Origin: Octopus sinensis
Taxonomy: Eukaryota
Assembly: GCF_006345805.1 (NCBI RefSeq)
Contig: NC_042997.1
Coordinates: 76,508,001 to 76,572,000, forward strand
Direction of reading: 5' to 3'
DNA length: 64,000 nt
The stretch's first letter is position 1. Every line of letters starts with the position of its first letter. The notes beneath the pieces are model-generated. The model was given only the letters and a program-made list of their open reading frames with translations, made no database searches and had not been told where the DNA came from. Shown one piece after another: positions 38,170 to 52,020 of the stretch. A program made the translations under genes and the position numbers.

Positions 38170-40600
38170 TTCTTCTTCTTGTTAGTCCATCTATTTCCAA
38201 TGAAGATGTAGCCTGTGGTTTCAGTAATCAGTGGTGGGAACACATGTGGTTCCACAGCCCAAAGCCAGAAGCACACAGGCACTTGCAGGTTGGACACTGG
38301 TAGTCTGTAATCAGGATTGAGGATGATGTGGCCCAGTGACATCTGTCTCTTTCTTGCAGCTGCAAGGCTTTGCTATCTATCCTCCTCAAAGGCAGCACAG
38401 CAGTGTTGGTGATTGACTTCCAGGTAGCTCTGTTTGTGGCTGCAATCTTGAGTTTGTGAGGCTGGATGCCACACCACTTTAGGTTATCTTTTAGGGTGTC
38501 CTTATGCCTCAACTTGAGTCTTCCTTGTTGCCTTATGCCTTCCTTTAACTGTACATCAACTGTTTGAGGATGTGGTGGTTGTTCATTCTGATGACGTGGC
38601 TGGTCCAGTGTAACTGAGCTTTGAGCAGAAATGCTTTGACGCTCGTGGACTCTGCCCCGTCTTGGACTTCTTTTTTGGAAACTCTGTCCTGCCAGCAGAT
38701 GCCCATGATTGTGTACAATGATCTTGTGTGGAACTGTTCCAACTGTTTGATGTGCTGACAGTATGGAGTCCACGTTTCACAACCATACAGCAGCATGGAA
38801 AGAATGATAGCTTTGTATATTTTGAGTTTCTCTTTGTATATCTTGGATGGCTGCACACCCTTCTGTTGTAGTATTTTAATTCTGAGTCTACTGAGTTCTT
38901 GGCTGGCTTTCTGGATCCTAGATGTGATTTCTTTATCCAGGGAACTGTTTGCAGAGATAATGCTACCTAGATACCTGAAACTTTCAACACAGTTCAGCTG
39001 AACCCCATCAGTGGTGATAGCTGGCTTAGGTTTTGTTGTATTTGGGACTGCCTGGAGCAAGACCTCCATCTTCCTAAGGCTGATGGTCAGGCTGAAGAGT
39101 CTGGATGCCTTGGTGAAGTGATTGACGATGATCTGGTGGTGGTTTTCCTTGTGGGCCATGAGGCCACAGTCATCCGTGAAGGGGACTTTGAGGATGAGCT
39201 TTTCCCTGGTTTTCATTTTGGCAGACAGGTGGTGGGGGTCAAATACGGAACCATTGATTCAGTACTTGATGTAATGCCCAGGTCAAGGTTCTTTACAGTG
39301 TGGAGGAGGACCTGCATGAAGAACAAGTTGAAGAGCACTTGTCACACAGCAAACTGCATATCTATGGTGCTGCAGCCAAGGCAGGAACCACTCTGGGCCT
39401 TGAGCAGGTTGCTCTTGGAGATGTTGGCGAGTCTGTTGAGGAGGATGTGGGCGAGGATCTTGCTTGCAGTCTGTCCTGGCTCTTTTGTTCTTGCATAGAA
39501 TGATTATGGTGGTATCTTGCAGATCTGTTGGGATGTCTTCCTGGTCCCTGATGGTCAAGAGGATGTCATGGAAGGTGTTGGAGACTGTGGGTATGAGTGA
39601 CTTGAACAATTCAGCAGGTATTCCATCCCTTCCTGGTGCTTTGCTGCAGGGAATCTGTTTGATGGCAGTCTGTACCTCTTCTTTGCTAGGCAGGAGGTCC
39701 AGATCCTCCTGGATTGGCTACTGGGTGATCTGCTATAGGTCTGTTTGATCGACGATGGAAGGGCGGTCGAGGAGCTGGCTGAATTGTTCCTGTCACCTTG
39801 CAGTGAAACCTTCCTTGTCTTTGATGATAGTGGAGCCATCAGTGGAGAGTAGGGGTGCCAATCTTCTACATGAAGGCCTATAGATGGCTTGGAGTTGTTT
39901 GTGTTGGTGTAGAACTGCACTTTGTCAGCATTCTTTTCCCACCAAACATCTTGGTGGTGCAGAGTTTACATTGAACTCTGGCCTTTCATTCTTTGAACCT
40001 ATTGCGTCATGAGACACAACTGGGATGGTTTTGCCAGTTAATGTAGGCAGCTCTCTTCTCATTCAGCAGGGTTTGGATGGCTTCATTGTTTTCATCAAAC
40101 CAGTCTTGATGATGCCTCCTCTTGGGGCCAAGGACTGCTTTTATTGTCTCAGTGATTGCTTCTTTGAACTGGTTCCATTTTGCTTCTGATCCTCTAGTAA
40201 GTCGACCTGCTGCATCGAGTCCCACTAGTATTAAGTAGACTGAAGTCTTGCTGTGTTGAAGGTTTGTTTGATGAGCTTGGGGTGCTTGGAGTGGTAGGGA
40301 ACTATGCGAATGTTGAACTTGACTTGAACAAAGCAGTAGTCTGTCCAGTAGTTTACACTGCACACTGCCCTGGTGGTGAGGACATCACTGCTGTCACGCT
40401 GATGGGTGATAATGTAGTCTATGAGATGCTGTTGTTTGGATCGGGGATGCATCCACATGTTCTTGTATTTATCAGCCTGCTTAAAGACTGTATTTGTGAT
40501 AAGCAGTTCATATTCTGCACATTTGCTCAGCAGGAGAAGTCCATTGCTGTTCATCTTGCCTACACTTCCCGTATAAATAAAATTACCCATTTGCAAAGAA
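38170..40600 (-). mobile_element. Degraded RTE LINE, BovB-like (endonuclease, RT, C-terminal C2H2 knuckle)
   Basis: NSNGLLLLSKC...WMHPRSKQQHLIDY, PFTDDC, FRYLGS, LLYGCETW, QCPTCKCLC...LWNHMCSH; (GAA)n tail; large internal deletions. Confidence 0.88.
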
Positions 40601-41049
40601 AAAAAAAGAAAAAGATTAAAATATTGTCTCTTTAAAGAAAGTTAAAATATAAATACTTACAAACAACTTGCATTTTTGAAATCACATTCATTTAAAAATA
40701 TTTCTAAATGATTAAAATATTGTGTTTAACAAAGCAAAAATAGAAAAAAAATCTTATTTTTTCATTGTCAACTCACTGTCTAATAGAAAGATAAGAGTTT
40801 CTTCACTTTCAGGATGAAGATTATTTTTGGAACATTTTCCCATTATGCACTGTTTTGGGCATTTATACCCCCAAAAGTTTTTAATATCTCAAAAACCACT
40901 TTACCGATTTATGTGAAACTTGTTTCATTCCGTTCGTATTAACATTTCAGGGTAAACTTAATTCATAGAATTGTCCCATTATATGCTGGTTTGGCTGAGT
41001 AACATTGCAAGCAAGCGAGATTCAAACTGACTTTTAATGTATTATAGAT

Positions 41050-41830
41050 TTAAAGGAAACAGTTCCACATATAATTGCAGTTCATTGTGTTATTCATGGA
41101 GAACACTTGGCTGCAAAACCTCTTAGTGGTAGAGTACATAATGTGTTGAATGATATAATTAAAACAGTAAAATCAAGACCCATTCGCTGAATGACCATAT
41201 CTTTTGGAAGCTTTGCTATGGAAAAGAACAAAAATTTAGGCACCTGTTGCTTCACACTGACGTGTGATAGCTCTTGAATGGAGATTGTTTAAAGCATTTT
41301 TATGATCTCTGTGATACTGTTTTAGAATTCCTTAATTCATATGATGAGGACATGTATAATGAATTAAGTAATGAAAGAAATGACATTGCATATCTTTCTG
41401 ATATTTTCACTAATTTAAATGAGGTTAACATTGAGTTGCAGGGAAATAATATAAATTTTATTAAAGTAAAAGGAATTATAAATGCATTTATCAGCGAATT
41501 ATCACACAACAAAGAGAGATTATCAGGGAGAGATTTTTTTACAGTTTCCAAGCCTGCACACAATAGAAAACAATGATAGCAATTTAATTTTAGATATGGA
41601 TATAGATTGCTATTGGTCTCATCTACAGATACCGAAAGAAGACTTAAAGTCAGGGCTTAAAGATTTCACTGATCTTAAATTATTGGGTTATAAAGCCATT
41701 TCTTTCTTATATCTCTTCTGTTCAATCAAACTTACATGAAGAATTTATTGACTTAAAAATGATTTCGAAGCTCAAGTATATTTTTAACAGCTTGGTTATG
41801 AATCTTTCTGTACCCTTATCAGATGGGTAG
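41050..41830 (+). mobile_element. hAT (Buster/Charlie-like) transposase fragment
   Basis: HCVIHGEHLAAK and LLLHTDV...IAYLSDIFTNLNEVNIELQG motifs; stops and frameshifts. Confidence 0.82.
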
Positions 41831-41890
41831 TTATGATGGGTATACTGGGCTTTGTATATTTTACCTCAGTGCTCTCTCATTCAATAATAA

Positions 41891-41926
<36 letters not shown>

Positions 41927-42109
41927 CATGCTATCATGGAAAGCGGACGTTAAACGATGATGATGATGATGATGACATACACACATATATGTATGTATGT
42001 ATATATGTATATGTGTGTATGCTTGTGTCCCCTTGTTTTGATACAGTGGGATTCTTGTAAACATCCTGTGAAAATATGGTAAGGTATGAAATATAGAAGT
42101 AAATATTTT

Positions 42110-44087
42110 ATTGTTAATTTTCACTTAGAAAAGAACATATATTCTGTAAGAATTTTATACCACAAGAAAATAATTCCTCATTAATTCAATATGGTCATTG
42201 CTGAATTTGGCCATAATATGGCGAAAAAGTGCAAAGTCAATAAAGAGGGTGGTATATTAATGCTACTTGCCAAACTGACGTTTTTACATGCTGCAAGAGA
42301 TCAAACAGAACACAAATCCAAGGCTTCAGTTATTGAGTTTAAGCCAGAATTTCAAAAAATGGTTGAACTAATTAACATATTTCTACAACAAAAATGCATT
42401 TAATTGAGCTACAAGTCTTCTCGAGACCGAACTTAGCATGAAATAGTTATATGGAGAATGTTGTTTATTCCCCCTTGCTGTTTTAATGTGTCCAAATTTT
42501 ACCTGGTTGATACTTTTATACATGTAAATTTAATTTTTTTGAGAAATATTGGTCAAATTACACCAAGAAAAATCATATTGTGCAATGAATATAATTTTGG
42601 ACACCATTAAAGTCAGATGTTATGTTTCTTTTTTCTGATTTTGAATACAGTCAGGATAATTTGTGGTAGTGTTTACATATTTGTTTTGGATGTTTTTGTC
42701 TCTCTCCTACTAACAGGTTTGCTGTGAGTTACAGGTGTTTTCGATGTCTTTAATTTATGTTTCTAATACTCAAAGCAAGGAATTAGTTTTCAATTAAGCC
42801 TGTTAAATTTCTTTTTAGCTCTTTTAATATTAATCTGCCTAACATCACCCCTGGTTCTTTTATTGCAACTTCCTGTGATCTAAATTTAAACCTTCCATCA
42901 AAATTTCCTATTAATTTATGTTAAAGATAAAGTTATTTTGTAAAGTTCCTTATTATTTTCAAAATCCATTGAAATAGAGGCAGTGTATTTCAGTAGAAAT
43001 ATGGTTACACAAGGGTTAAGTTAGAGTTAAGTGGATCCTCTTCTGTTTTCACATAATGATAAATATTTGAACTAGATCTCTGGTTCCCAGCCTATCAGTG
43101 TAGAAGAGGTTGGTGTTAGGAAAGTCATCCAACCATAAAAACCATGCCAAAACTGACAATGGAGCTTGGTGCAATCCTGTGGCTTGTCAGCTCCTGTCAA
43201 GACATCTAATCTATGCTAGCATGGAAGATAGACAATGATATTATTTGTTTTTAAATCAAGGTCTACATGCAATTCTGAGAAAGATATCAGGTGGTCATGG
43301 AATGTTCTTTAAACAACATAAAAATTTCCTTTAAATTATACACTTTTTCATTTGAAAATATACTCAATTTTCTCTCCTTTTTAATCAAAAGGACTTCTCC
43401 CATCATTTTTAAGTGGGAAGTGCAAAAAGAAAAATTGACCAAAATCGTCTGAAAGTGGTGGGGATCATAAATTTTCAAAAATTTGTTTCCATAAAAATCT
43501 TATCTCCATTATTTCAAAGGCTGTTAACGCCCCCCCCCCAAACCCCCATCAAACAGAGAAAATCCAACGTATGTAGGAGTCCTGATCTGGAACTCTGCTA
43601 TTTACAGCCATTTGTAATGGTCTGATAAAGTTTTATTGAAATGGTGTCATGTTCCAAAATCTCAGGATTTATTTAGTTCTATTTCTGACTACAAATATGC
43701 CCAAACTCAAGTCCCTGTGGCTTGTACTTTGGGATTTAACTGTGAAATTGACTGTTTGTGACATGCAACAAAATAGGTTTTACATAAATATTTAACCCCC
43801 CCCCCATTTTCTTTCCAAGAACCTGAAAAAGAATGCACAACTACTGTCCCATAGTCACTATTAATTTGTGTAATTTGAAGATGATTATAACCTCAGTTTC
43901 AAAGATATGACACCACAAATATGGCTAATTATTCATTTAAACCAATCAGGCAAGATTTTGACCAATTTGCTGACCATTCAAAATATTTACCCAAATTTCA
44001 CAAATGAGGTATCAAAATATTTCTTTTTAGATGCTCTTCAAGAAAATTTACATTTAAATATTAAAAAAAAATTAATAATGATACCTA
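42110..44087. repeat. Unclassified DNA element copy (family of 1990-3131 and 48973-51830)
   Basis: Long shared blocks; ends GATACCTA at 44080-44087; contains an RTE-tail fragment at ~43100-43240. Confidence 0.7.
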
Positions 44088-44719
44088 CTTTAATTGGATT
44101 TGCTAGTGGAATCTGCAAGATGCTTGTTGTATATATATATATGTTGTATATACTTTTTTTGTGTGTATATGTTTATGTGTGCTTGTCTTGGTGCTGCATA
44201 ATTGTTATGAACAAGCAACACCTTCATACATGCAATTTTTTTGTTTCCAATCTTTCATCAAAACATGTAACCAGGGTGAAATATTTTCTTACTTGAAAAA
44301 AAGAGAGGGTTGCTGTAGAAAATTTGCCTCAATGAATTCCATTTGACCCTTGTAGGTCTGAAATAGTGGACATTAAAATGAAGACTACTATGATGCTGTA
44401 GCTGTCTGTCTATCCATTTGTTCACATTTATTTCACTGTCCATCAGTTTCTCCCTTTCTCTCCAGTAACTGTTGCTCATTAACAATTGTATCTGAAACTA
44501 TTTTCAGACACTTGGGAATATTACACTGCTTGATATCAATCAGGTGAGTGTTGGGTATACGAAATGCATATGTCCATAGATAATCTTCCTCAGTGGATTC
44601 CATTTAATCCATGCAAGCATGGAACATTGGACCTTACAATGCTGCTGCTGTTAATAGATAATAAATATGATATATTTTAAAAATATATATGTTTTATATT
44701 TTTATATTCTACTTCTCAG

Positions 44720-44985
44720 TGTGTTTGCCCCAATGGATCATGTTGTTATGAAGAAAAATTATCAGTGAAATACATGTTTAATCCTGCAAGCCGTGATGAA
44801 GAAATTTATCCACCTCATCTTGCTCGAATGGGTCACAGTCTGATCAGTTGTGGAGATGATGTTCTTTATCTTTATGGAGGGCGTTCTCTTAAATATGGTC
44901 TTATCAATGAAATGTGGATGTTCAATCGCACCAGCCAAGAATGGTCTAAAGTCATTGCTAGCACTGATGAAGAACCAGCAGGAAG
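44720..44985 (+). CDS. MEGF8: MEGF8 internal exon (EGF end, first kelch repeat)
   Basis: Boundaries ttctcAG|TGT...AG|GTTAGT. Translates CVCPNGSCC...ARMGHSLISCGDDVLYLYGGRSLKYGLINEMWMFNRTSQEWSKV. Phase 0 to 2, compatible with both neighbours. Confidence 0.9.
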
Positions 44986-45254
44986 GTTAGTTTGCTTCTT
45001 TTGACTCATTTTATAAGAAGATAATAATGATGATGAGGATGACGCCTTCCCTCCTCCTGTCGATTTTGACATGTGAGTGGTTAAAGGAAAAGATTTTAAA
45101 AATGTGCGTCTATTTGTGACTGATGCATGAATGTAAGGTGAGTCCAAGTATGGATTTTACTATGAAGTCACAGTGGGGACAATGATGATTTTGCCTGGGA
45201 GACAAATGTGTCAGTTGATTACAGGATAAAGTTCTTAATAATAATTATATTAAT

Positions 45255-45718
45255 AATAATCCTTTCTACTATAGACACAAGGCCTGGAATTTGTGGAGAG
45301 GGAGATAGTCAATTACATCAACCCCAGTACTTGACTGGTTCTTACTTTATTGACCCCAAGAGAATGAAAGGCAAAAGCGACCTTAGTGGAATTTGAACTC
45401 AAAACATAGCAGCAGATGAAATACTGCTAAGCATTTTGCACAGTGTGCTAATGATTCTACTAGCTTGCCACCTTAATAATAATAATAATAATAATAACAA
45501 TGATAATAATGGTTTCAAATTTTGCCACAAGGGCAGCAATTTTGTGGGAAGGATGATTCGATTACACTAGTACTCAAGTGGTACTACTTTTATTGAACCC
45601 GAAAGGATGAAAGACAAAGTCAACCTAACTGAAATTTGAACTCAGAATGTAAAAACAGACGAAATGCTGCTAATCATTTTTGCCCGGCGTGCTAATGATT
45701 CTGCCAGCTCACTGCCCT
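45255..45718 (-). mobile_element. Two tandem tRNA-derived SINE copies
   Basis: Both (45255-45478, 45500-45718) are reverse-complement homologues of 47718-47955, separated by (AAT)n. Confidence 0.85.
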
Positions 45719-46199
45719 AATAATGATGATGGTGGTGGTGGTGACAGCGGTGGTGGTGGTGGTGGTGGTGGTGGTGATGATGATGATGATATATTTTAAT
45801 ATTTCGTGGATAATATATAGTTTATAACTTGTCAATTCTTAGTTTTGTTTATTATCCATTGTATTACCTACATATTAATTTTATTGTATTGATCATGGAA
45901 TGATGAAAGGTGTTTTCACTTTTGAAACATTTTGCTTTGCAATTTACCACACTACCACCACCTCTGCATCAAGAACAACTAGAACCACCACCATCATCAT
46001 CTATTGATATTGGAAGAGTACAATTTATTTCTGCTAACATTTCTACAACAGCCTAGAACTCTTCTACATCATGTTAAGATCACTATTCCATCTCCCCACC
46101 TTTAGTCCAGACATGAATATAATACTATTAAAAATATCATTCATCTGAAATACGCTGGAATGCACACCAACTGTATTAATTTCAGAAGAATTCCAACTG

Positions 46200-46520
46200 T
46201 TACACTCTGAGTGTGGCCACCTTACTTACCTCATCAGTTTTTTTCTAACATGGAAAAGCAATACCACAGCAATCTGAGCCCAAGTATGCTTCTTGCCTAC
46301 TGGACTCTCAATGAAGATATGTCTGAGACAAAGTACAGCAGAAAATTCAAATCAGACTACCTTTTAAACTACAATTATGTCTTTTCAAATTGTATTTTAA
46401 TAAATGTGTAATTATATGTGTTTTAAAAAAAAAATTAATTGCATGCCATACAAAATTGATATGAGTAAGAACTGTTACAAACTGTTTTTCAGATTCAGTT
46501 AAAAAATTACTATATGAATC
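46200..46520 (+). mobile_element. C-terminal fragment of a DNA transposase (superfamily not assigned)
   Basis: HQFFSNMEKQYHSNLSPSMLLAYWTL resembles the recalled transposase motif FHQDISTMEKRYQGKWSPSMLADYCWTL. Confidence 0.55.
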
Positions 46521-46662
46521 AGAATATTTTCCTTCTTGGGAGACTGTTTTTTAATTGTGTAATTAAATATTTAAGCAGTGTTCTTCAAAATATTTTTTCT
46601 TAAAATAACTAATGTAAAAAGAATACTTTTAACTTATGTTTTTTTTTGTCATTGTGTTGTAG

Positions 46663-46813
46663 GTATTACCATGCTGCTGTTTGTGTGCCCATCATTAAGA
46701 CAATTTTTATTTATGGCGGTATTGTTGAAACTGGTAGAAAAATTCAGAAATATAAAGTGACCAATGAATTTTGGAAGTTTGCAGTAGAATCCAGGAAGTG
46801 GAAGAAAGAACGG
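46663..46813 (+). CDS. MEGF8: MEGF8 internal exon (kelch repeat)
   Basis: Boundaries ttgtAG|G TAT...CGG|GTAGAA. Translates (R)YYHAAVCVPIIKTIFIYGGIVET...NEFWKFAVESRKWKKER. Phase 2 to 0. Confidence 0.88.
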
Positions 46814-47331
46814 GTAGAATATCTATTATATTCATTAAAATGTTGTATTAAAGCATAAATGATTAAATTTAGTTTATAATTGAATTAGTCATTTACTAAT
46901 TTTGTATAATTTTCTCATAATTGCTATTTTCTGTAATGATTAGAGCAATTATTTTAATCCTTTCTGTACAAAAATATATGAAAGTTTCCTTAGTCATTTC
47001 TTATCAAAGTATGTGGAGTCACTTGTGTTTACTGAATTATATGTAAATCTAAACATTGCCTTAAATTGTGTTACTGCTACATAAACGACACATGATTTCA
47101 CAATTTAAACATGTGTATGTAGCCCAACATTTATTCAGCATGGATTTTGTTTTTGAGAAAATGAGAAAAAACTGAATTTAAATTTGTAGCCTATGCTTAA
47201 ACTAAACGAATTTAATGTTTGTGCTAAATTTTCTGGAAAACGAAAAATTTCCTGATAATGTTATTTCTTGCACATGTGTACAAACATGCACACAAATGTA
47301 CTGTCACTCACTTTTTGTTTTCTTTTAACAG

Positions 47332-47515
47332 AGTGATTCTTGGTTGCCTGCTGTTGCTGGCCACACACTAACATATGTGCTTGATACAAAATTGGTGGTC
47401 ATTGGTGGATTTTCAACAGAGAATTATTTTCTTGATAAAGTCCTTATTTACAATTCTGCACAAGCTCAGTGGGATATATACCATCGCAAGAATCTAAGTG
47501 GTGTTATTCCTCTTG
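47332..47515 (+). CDS. MEGF8: MEGF8 internal exon (kelch repeat)
   Basis: Polypyrimidine tract, aacAG|...CTT G|GTAAGT. Translates SDSWLPAVAGHTLTYVLDTKLVVIGGFSTENYF..., matching the recalled human LPAVAGHTLT...LLVGGYSPENGF. Phase 0 to 1. Confidence 0.92.
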
Positions 47516-47717
47516 GTAAGTAGAAGTCACTTCATTATTATTATGTGTATGCAACAAATTGAAAGATGTAAGATCTTGTTATTTTCAATTTGTTACATCC
47601 AAATGAAAACAATTCCATTGATCTTTATACTTTAATTATTCTTCTGTAAAGAATCCAGTTCCGGAGCTTACAAACTTAGGTATTAAAATTTTGATCACTG
47701 GTATGGTATTGTTTTTG

Positions 47718-47955
47718 AAGGTGGCGAGCTGGCAGAAACGTTAGCATGCTGGGCGAAATGCTTAGCAGTATTTCATCTGCCGCTATGTTCTGAGTTCAAA
47801 TTCCGCCGAGGTCGACTTTGCCTTTCATCCTTTCGGGGTTGATTAAATAAGTACCAGTTACGCACTGGGGTTAATATAATTGACTTAATCCATTTGTCTG
47901 TCCTTGTTTATCCTGTCTGTGTTTAGCCCCTTGTGGGTAGTAAAGAAATAGGTAT
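47718..47955 (+). mobile_element. tRNA-derived SINE with Meta/MESC-like core
   Basis: Head ggtggcgagctggcagaa...gagttcaaattcc (A/B-box-like); core gactttgcctttcatcctttcggggttgattaaataagtacc. The core-family assignment is from memory. Confidence 0.8.
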
Positions 47956-48972
47956 TGTTTTTCAAGATATTTTATGAACAGAAGAGATAAGCCTATTGGT
48001 TCCATTTGAAGTGTGATATAAAGTAATGAATTTGGTGTTAGCACACATCCTGCTTTTCTTCGTAAAAACAATTTCCTTTTGTAGGCTGCATAATAGAATT
48101 AAAGAATAGAATAAACTAACTGAGTATCCTGTCATTGCTGGGCAATTTTCACTATAGAATGCCTTGGTAAACTTTCAGAACAGCATGCCTACATAAGTTG
48201 GATTTTTTCAGTTTTGATGGAGATTTTTCAAATTTATTTTTCACTACACCTCCCACTTCTTTCTTTTTTCACTACACACTTAAAAACAATGGAAGATGCC
48301 CTTTTGGTGAAATACAAAAGGATTTTTGAAAATTTATGATTTTTTCCAAACCCACTCCACTGCTTAACACTGATTTTGACCAATTTCTTTTACACTCTGC
48401 ACTTAAAAACAATGGGAGAAGCTTTGTTAGTTAAAAAAAAAATTGGCTGGGCTGGGTGGGGTGGATGAGCGATCATCATTACAATCCCCACTTCCTTCAT
48501 TTTCAAACAGAAAATGAAATGTAATTTAAAAGCAGTAGCGAAATTTTTAAATAATTTTTTCATTAATCCACCCACCTCCTTAAATTTCAGCTTATTTTCA
48601 AAAATTTGTTTTTAATATGCAATTTGTTTGAGTTCATAATTTCACAATAATTTTCAGGTGGAAAGATGTGTGATATAAGGGAGATTTAGCTTTTGTTTCT
48701 AACACATCCCACGACCATGTGGTACCTAACATTGTTTCTTTGTTACTCCAACATGTATTGATTTTTTTCAATATTTTTCTCCTCATAAACACATTTTATA
48801 GAATAATGATGTGGAAATGTTTTGTTTAGCTCAAGGCTGGATTTTAAGTAACAGCAGGAAGAAGTGACAGTGGAACTCAGCAAGCTGCTCAACTGTGCCA
48901 ATAAAATAATGCTGAAAATATGAGACAAGGGTAAAATCCCTATCTCTTACAGTGAACAACACAATGTGTAAT

Positions 48973-51830
48973 TAGGTATCCCTATAGATCCCATACAGTG
49001 GAGCTAAGCACAGTTTGAGCATGCAAAAATACACTTTTTGTTTCATCATTTTCCTGTCAAAATAAAAATTTTCCAAAGAAAATTATGTCATTTGAAAGTT
49101 CTGGATGTGAACTCTCTTCTCATATAGTTTTAATTAAAATCTGACAGTTACATATCATGTGAGGGGTTCTCAAACACCCTGGTATTTCCATACATTTACG
49201 AAGTTTGTCCCCCTCCCCTTTTTCTTTTACTACTGAAATCATTCCTATTTCAATGCACTCAAGTCTCATAACTTCAGTTGAGTTTAAAATCATACTGTCA
49301 TGAAGAGGAAGGTTTTTAACTTTATTTTGATATAAAATTGTTGGGAGTAGGCTGGATAATTATTACGAAATATAAAACTTAAAATTTCATTGTTAATGTT
49401 TACTAAGAAAAAGACGTATTTTCTTCAAGATTTTTGTATGATACAAAAAAATATTTCACAAATTTAATGTGGTTATTGCTAAGTCTGGCCAGGGTATGAA
49501 GAAAGGTGCAAAATAAGTAAAGAGAGTGGTATACTGACCCTTCTTACCAAACTGACATGCATGGTGAGAGATCAAATGAAACACGAATCTAAAGCTTCAA
49601 ATCTCGTGTTTGAGTCAGAATTTCAAGAAATGGATGATCTAATTAATAAGTAAGTATATTTTTACAAAAAATGCACTAAACTGAGTTTATTAAGACTTTT
49701 CAAGCCCAAACTTAGCATGAAATGGTTATATTGATGGCGTTGTTTATTTATTCTGTTTATGAATTTGTGTTGCAAGATTCCTGATTCCTGTTGTTTATTC
49801 CCTCTTACTGTTTTAACATGTGGTGAACCATTAGGCAAACTGAGTGGATATTCTTATACATTTGTTTTACTTTGAAAGATACTGATCAAATTCCACCAAT
49901 AAAAATTATATTGTGCAATGCATATAATTTTGTAGACTATTAAAGTCAGATGTGATGGGATTTTTTTTCTGATTCTGAATACAGTCGGGATAATTTGTGT
50001 CAGTGTTTACATATTTGTTTTGGGTTTTTTTCTCTCTCTCTCTCTCTCCTACTAAAGAATTTGCTGTAAGTTACAGATGTTGTTAATTCTGATTGGTCGA
50101 AAGTGTCTTCTTGTCTTGAGCTCTGATTTTCTGCCTATTGTTATTGAAACCTTTGATATGGAGTATCAAAATTTGAATCCCTTTCACACTTATAAAATGT
50201 CAAGTAAACTTAAAACTTTGTCATTACCGTTTTAGCTGAGAGACCAAACTGATAGCTTGGTAACCTGCTAAAATAAACATTAAATATTGAAAAGAGAAAT
50301 AAACAGCTTTGCAAGGTTAACTCAGTGTTTATTGAACAAGAGAGGTACGAAATTTAAGAAGCCACTTGTTAGAATACACACATTTGTGAGGAGATATAAA
50401 CAAGAATAGTAAAAATCTACTATACCAAAAGAACTGGTAATACATACATTACAAGTGTTCTATGAAGAGAACATAAGATTGTTGCATAATCCAACATGAA
50501 AGTTATACGGCATTAAACATTATAAAAGGTAAATGAAGGCTTCTGTAGGAACACTAAGTTGTATTCACTTAGTGAGTTTACATGCGCAAAGACAAATTAT
50601 GATGCTGTTGTTGGCAATGTCAGCGGTGATTAATTACATTGTCTTAACACAGATGAAGCGAGCAATAGCTTCCTGGAGGCAAATGCAAGCTAGACTTAAG
50701 CGGAGAAAAATTGATCTATTTAAGGAAATTGGTGGGCTCCGTTGCAATAGGTAGAAACTCTAAGCAATGTCAAACATGGCCTGGACCATGATTACCAGCA
50801 TGAATATCAAACTTCAAAAAGTAGTTAACCATTTAATGGTTTTAATAAATTTATACAGAAAAAGTAAGCATCCAGCATAAATAAAAGTCAACTTCATTAT
50901 ATTTTTTCTGTAAAAAACTACTCTGGCATTAAACGAGCCAACTCCCAGTACGAGTATTTACATTTGTACATCATTTTTCAACAAAAAAATTTCTAAAAAA
51001 TTCTGGAAATGATCTACTCATGTAATTTATGCACCCACTAAAGTTTATTTTGTTTTTTTATGAAAAAAATTGTGTAAATTACATGGGTTTTTACGGTAGT
51101 TTTCACATTTTGTTTGTTTTTTAATCTTAGCCCACAGGGAATTCTAAGAAAGGTATCTGGTGGTTGTGGTATGTGATAGAAGCAATAGCTAAATCTCCCT
51201 TAAACCATACATCTTTTTGCATGAAAATATTTTCACTTTTTTTTTTTGTTTTTTTCACTAAGAAGGCTTCTTCTATGATTTTTAAGTGCATAGTGCAAAC
51301 AAAATTGGCCAAAATCGGTCTGGAGTGGGTTGGTAGTGGAAACTAATCTGAAACAAATTTTCTGAAATTTTTTTTCCATAAAAACCTTATTGCCATCATT
51401 TTCAAGACTGTGAGGGAAAAAAAATTGGAAAAATCCCTGACAAAATGGAGAAAATCCAACTTATGTGGGAATCCATTTTTAATAGTCCATCAAAATTTTA
51501 TTGAAATGGTATCATGCTCCAAAATCTCAGGATTTATTTAGTTCTATACCAACTAGAAATGTGCTAAAATTCAAGTCCTTGTGACTCGTAGTTTTGGATT
51601 TAACTTGGTTTGAAAATACTGTGAAATTGACAATTTGTTGCATGTAACAAAATACATAAATATTTTTAAAAACTGCTGAAAATAAGTTTTTTTTCTAAGA
51701 ACCTGAAAGAAAATAGGCAATGGTCACTATTAATTTGTGTAATTTGAAGATGATTATCACTTCAATTTCAAAAATATGACACTTCAGTTTCAAAGATATG
51801 ACATCACAAATATGGTTAATTATTTCCTTT
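48973..51830. repeat. Longest copy of the unclassified DNA element
   Basis: Starts TAGGTATC (48973-48980) and includes the blocks found at 2010-2470, 42190-42740 and 43350-43920. An inverted partial copy lies at ~48200-48640. Confidence 0.7.
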
Positions 51831-52020
51831 TATAAAGAAAAATTTTATTTTTCCTTTTTGCACACAGTACAAAAATCAAAAATTTTGTTAAGAAAATTGT
51901 TTTCTGCACACACGTTTATTATTGCAACAACACTGTTGTCAGTTCTTTGGTGCTTTTCTCTGTGAGAGTTTTGTACATTCCCATACTTTTTTCCTTTTTC
52001 CTTTCTTTCCTCTGTAAAAG

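Noticed and set aside
40783-41048. Possible small Helitron (minus-strand A|TCTATAATA 5' end, hairpin near the 3' end)
   Set aside because: The 3' terminus lacks CTAG and there is no second copy in the window to confirm the boundaries.
44964-44985. CTGATGA followed by purine-rich sequence as a hammerhead
   Set aside because: It lies inside a MEGF8 coding exon (TDEEPAG) and has no stem II or GAAAC.
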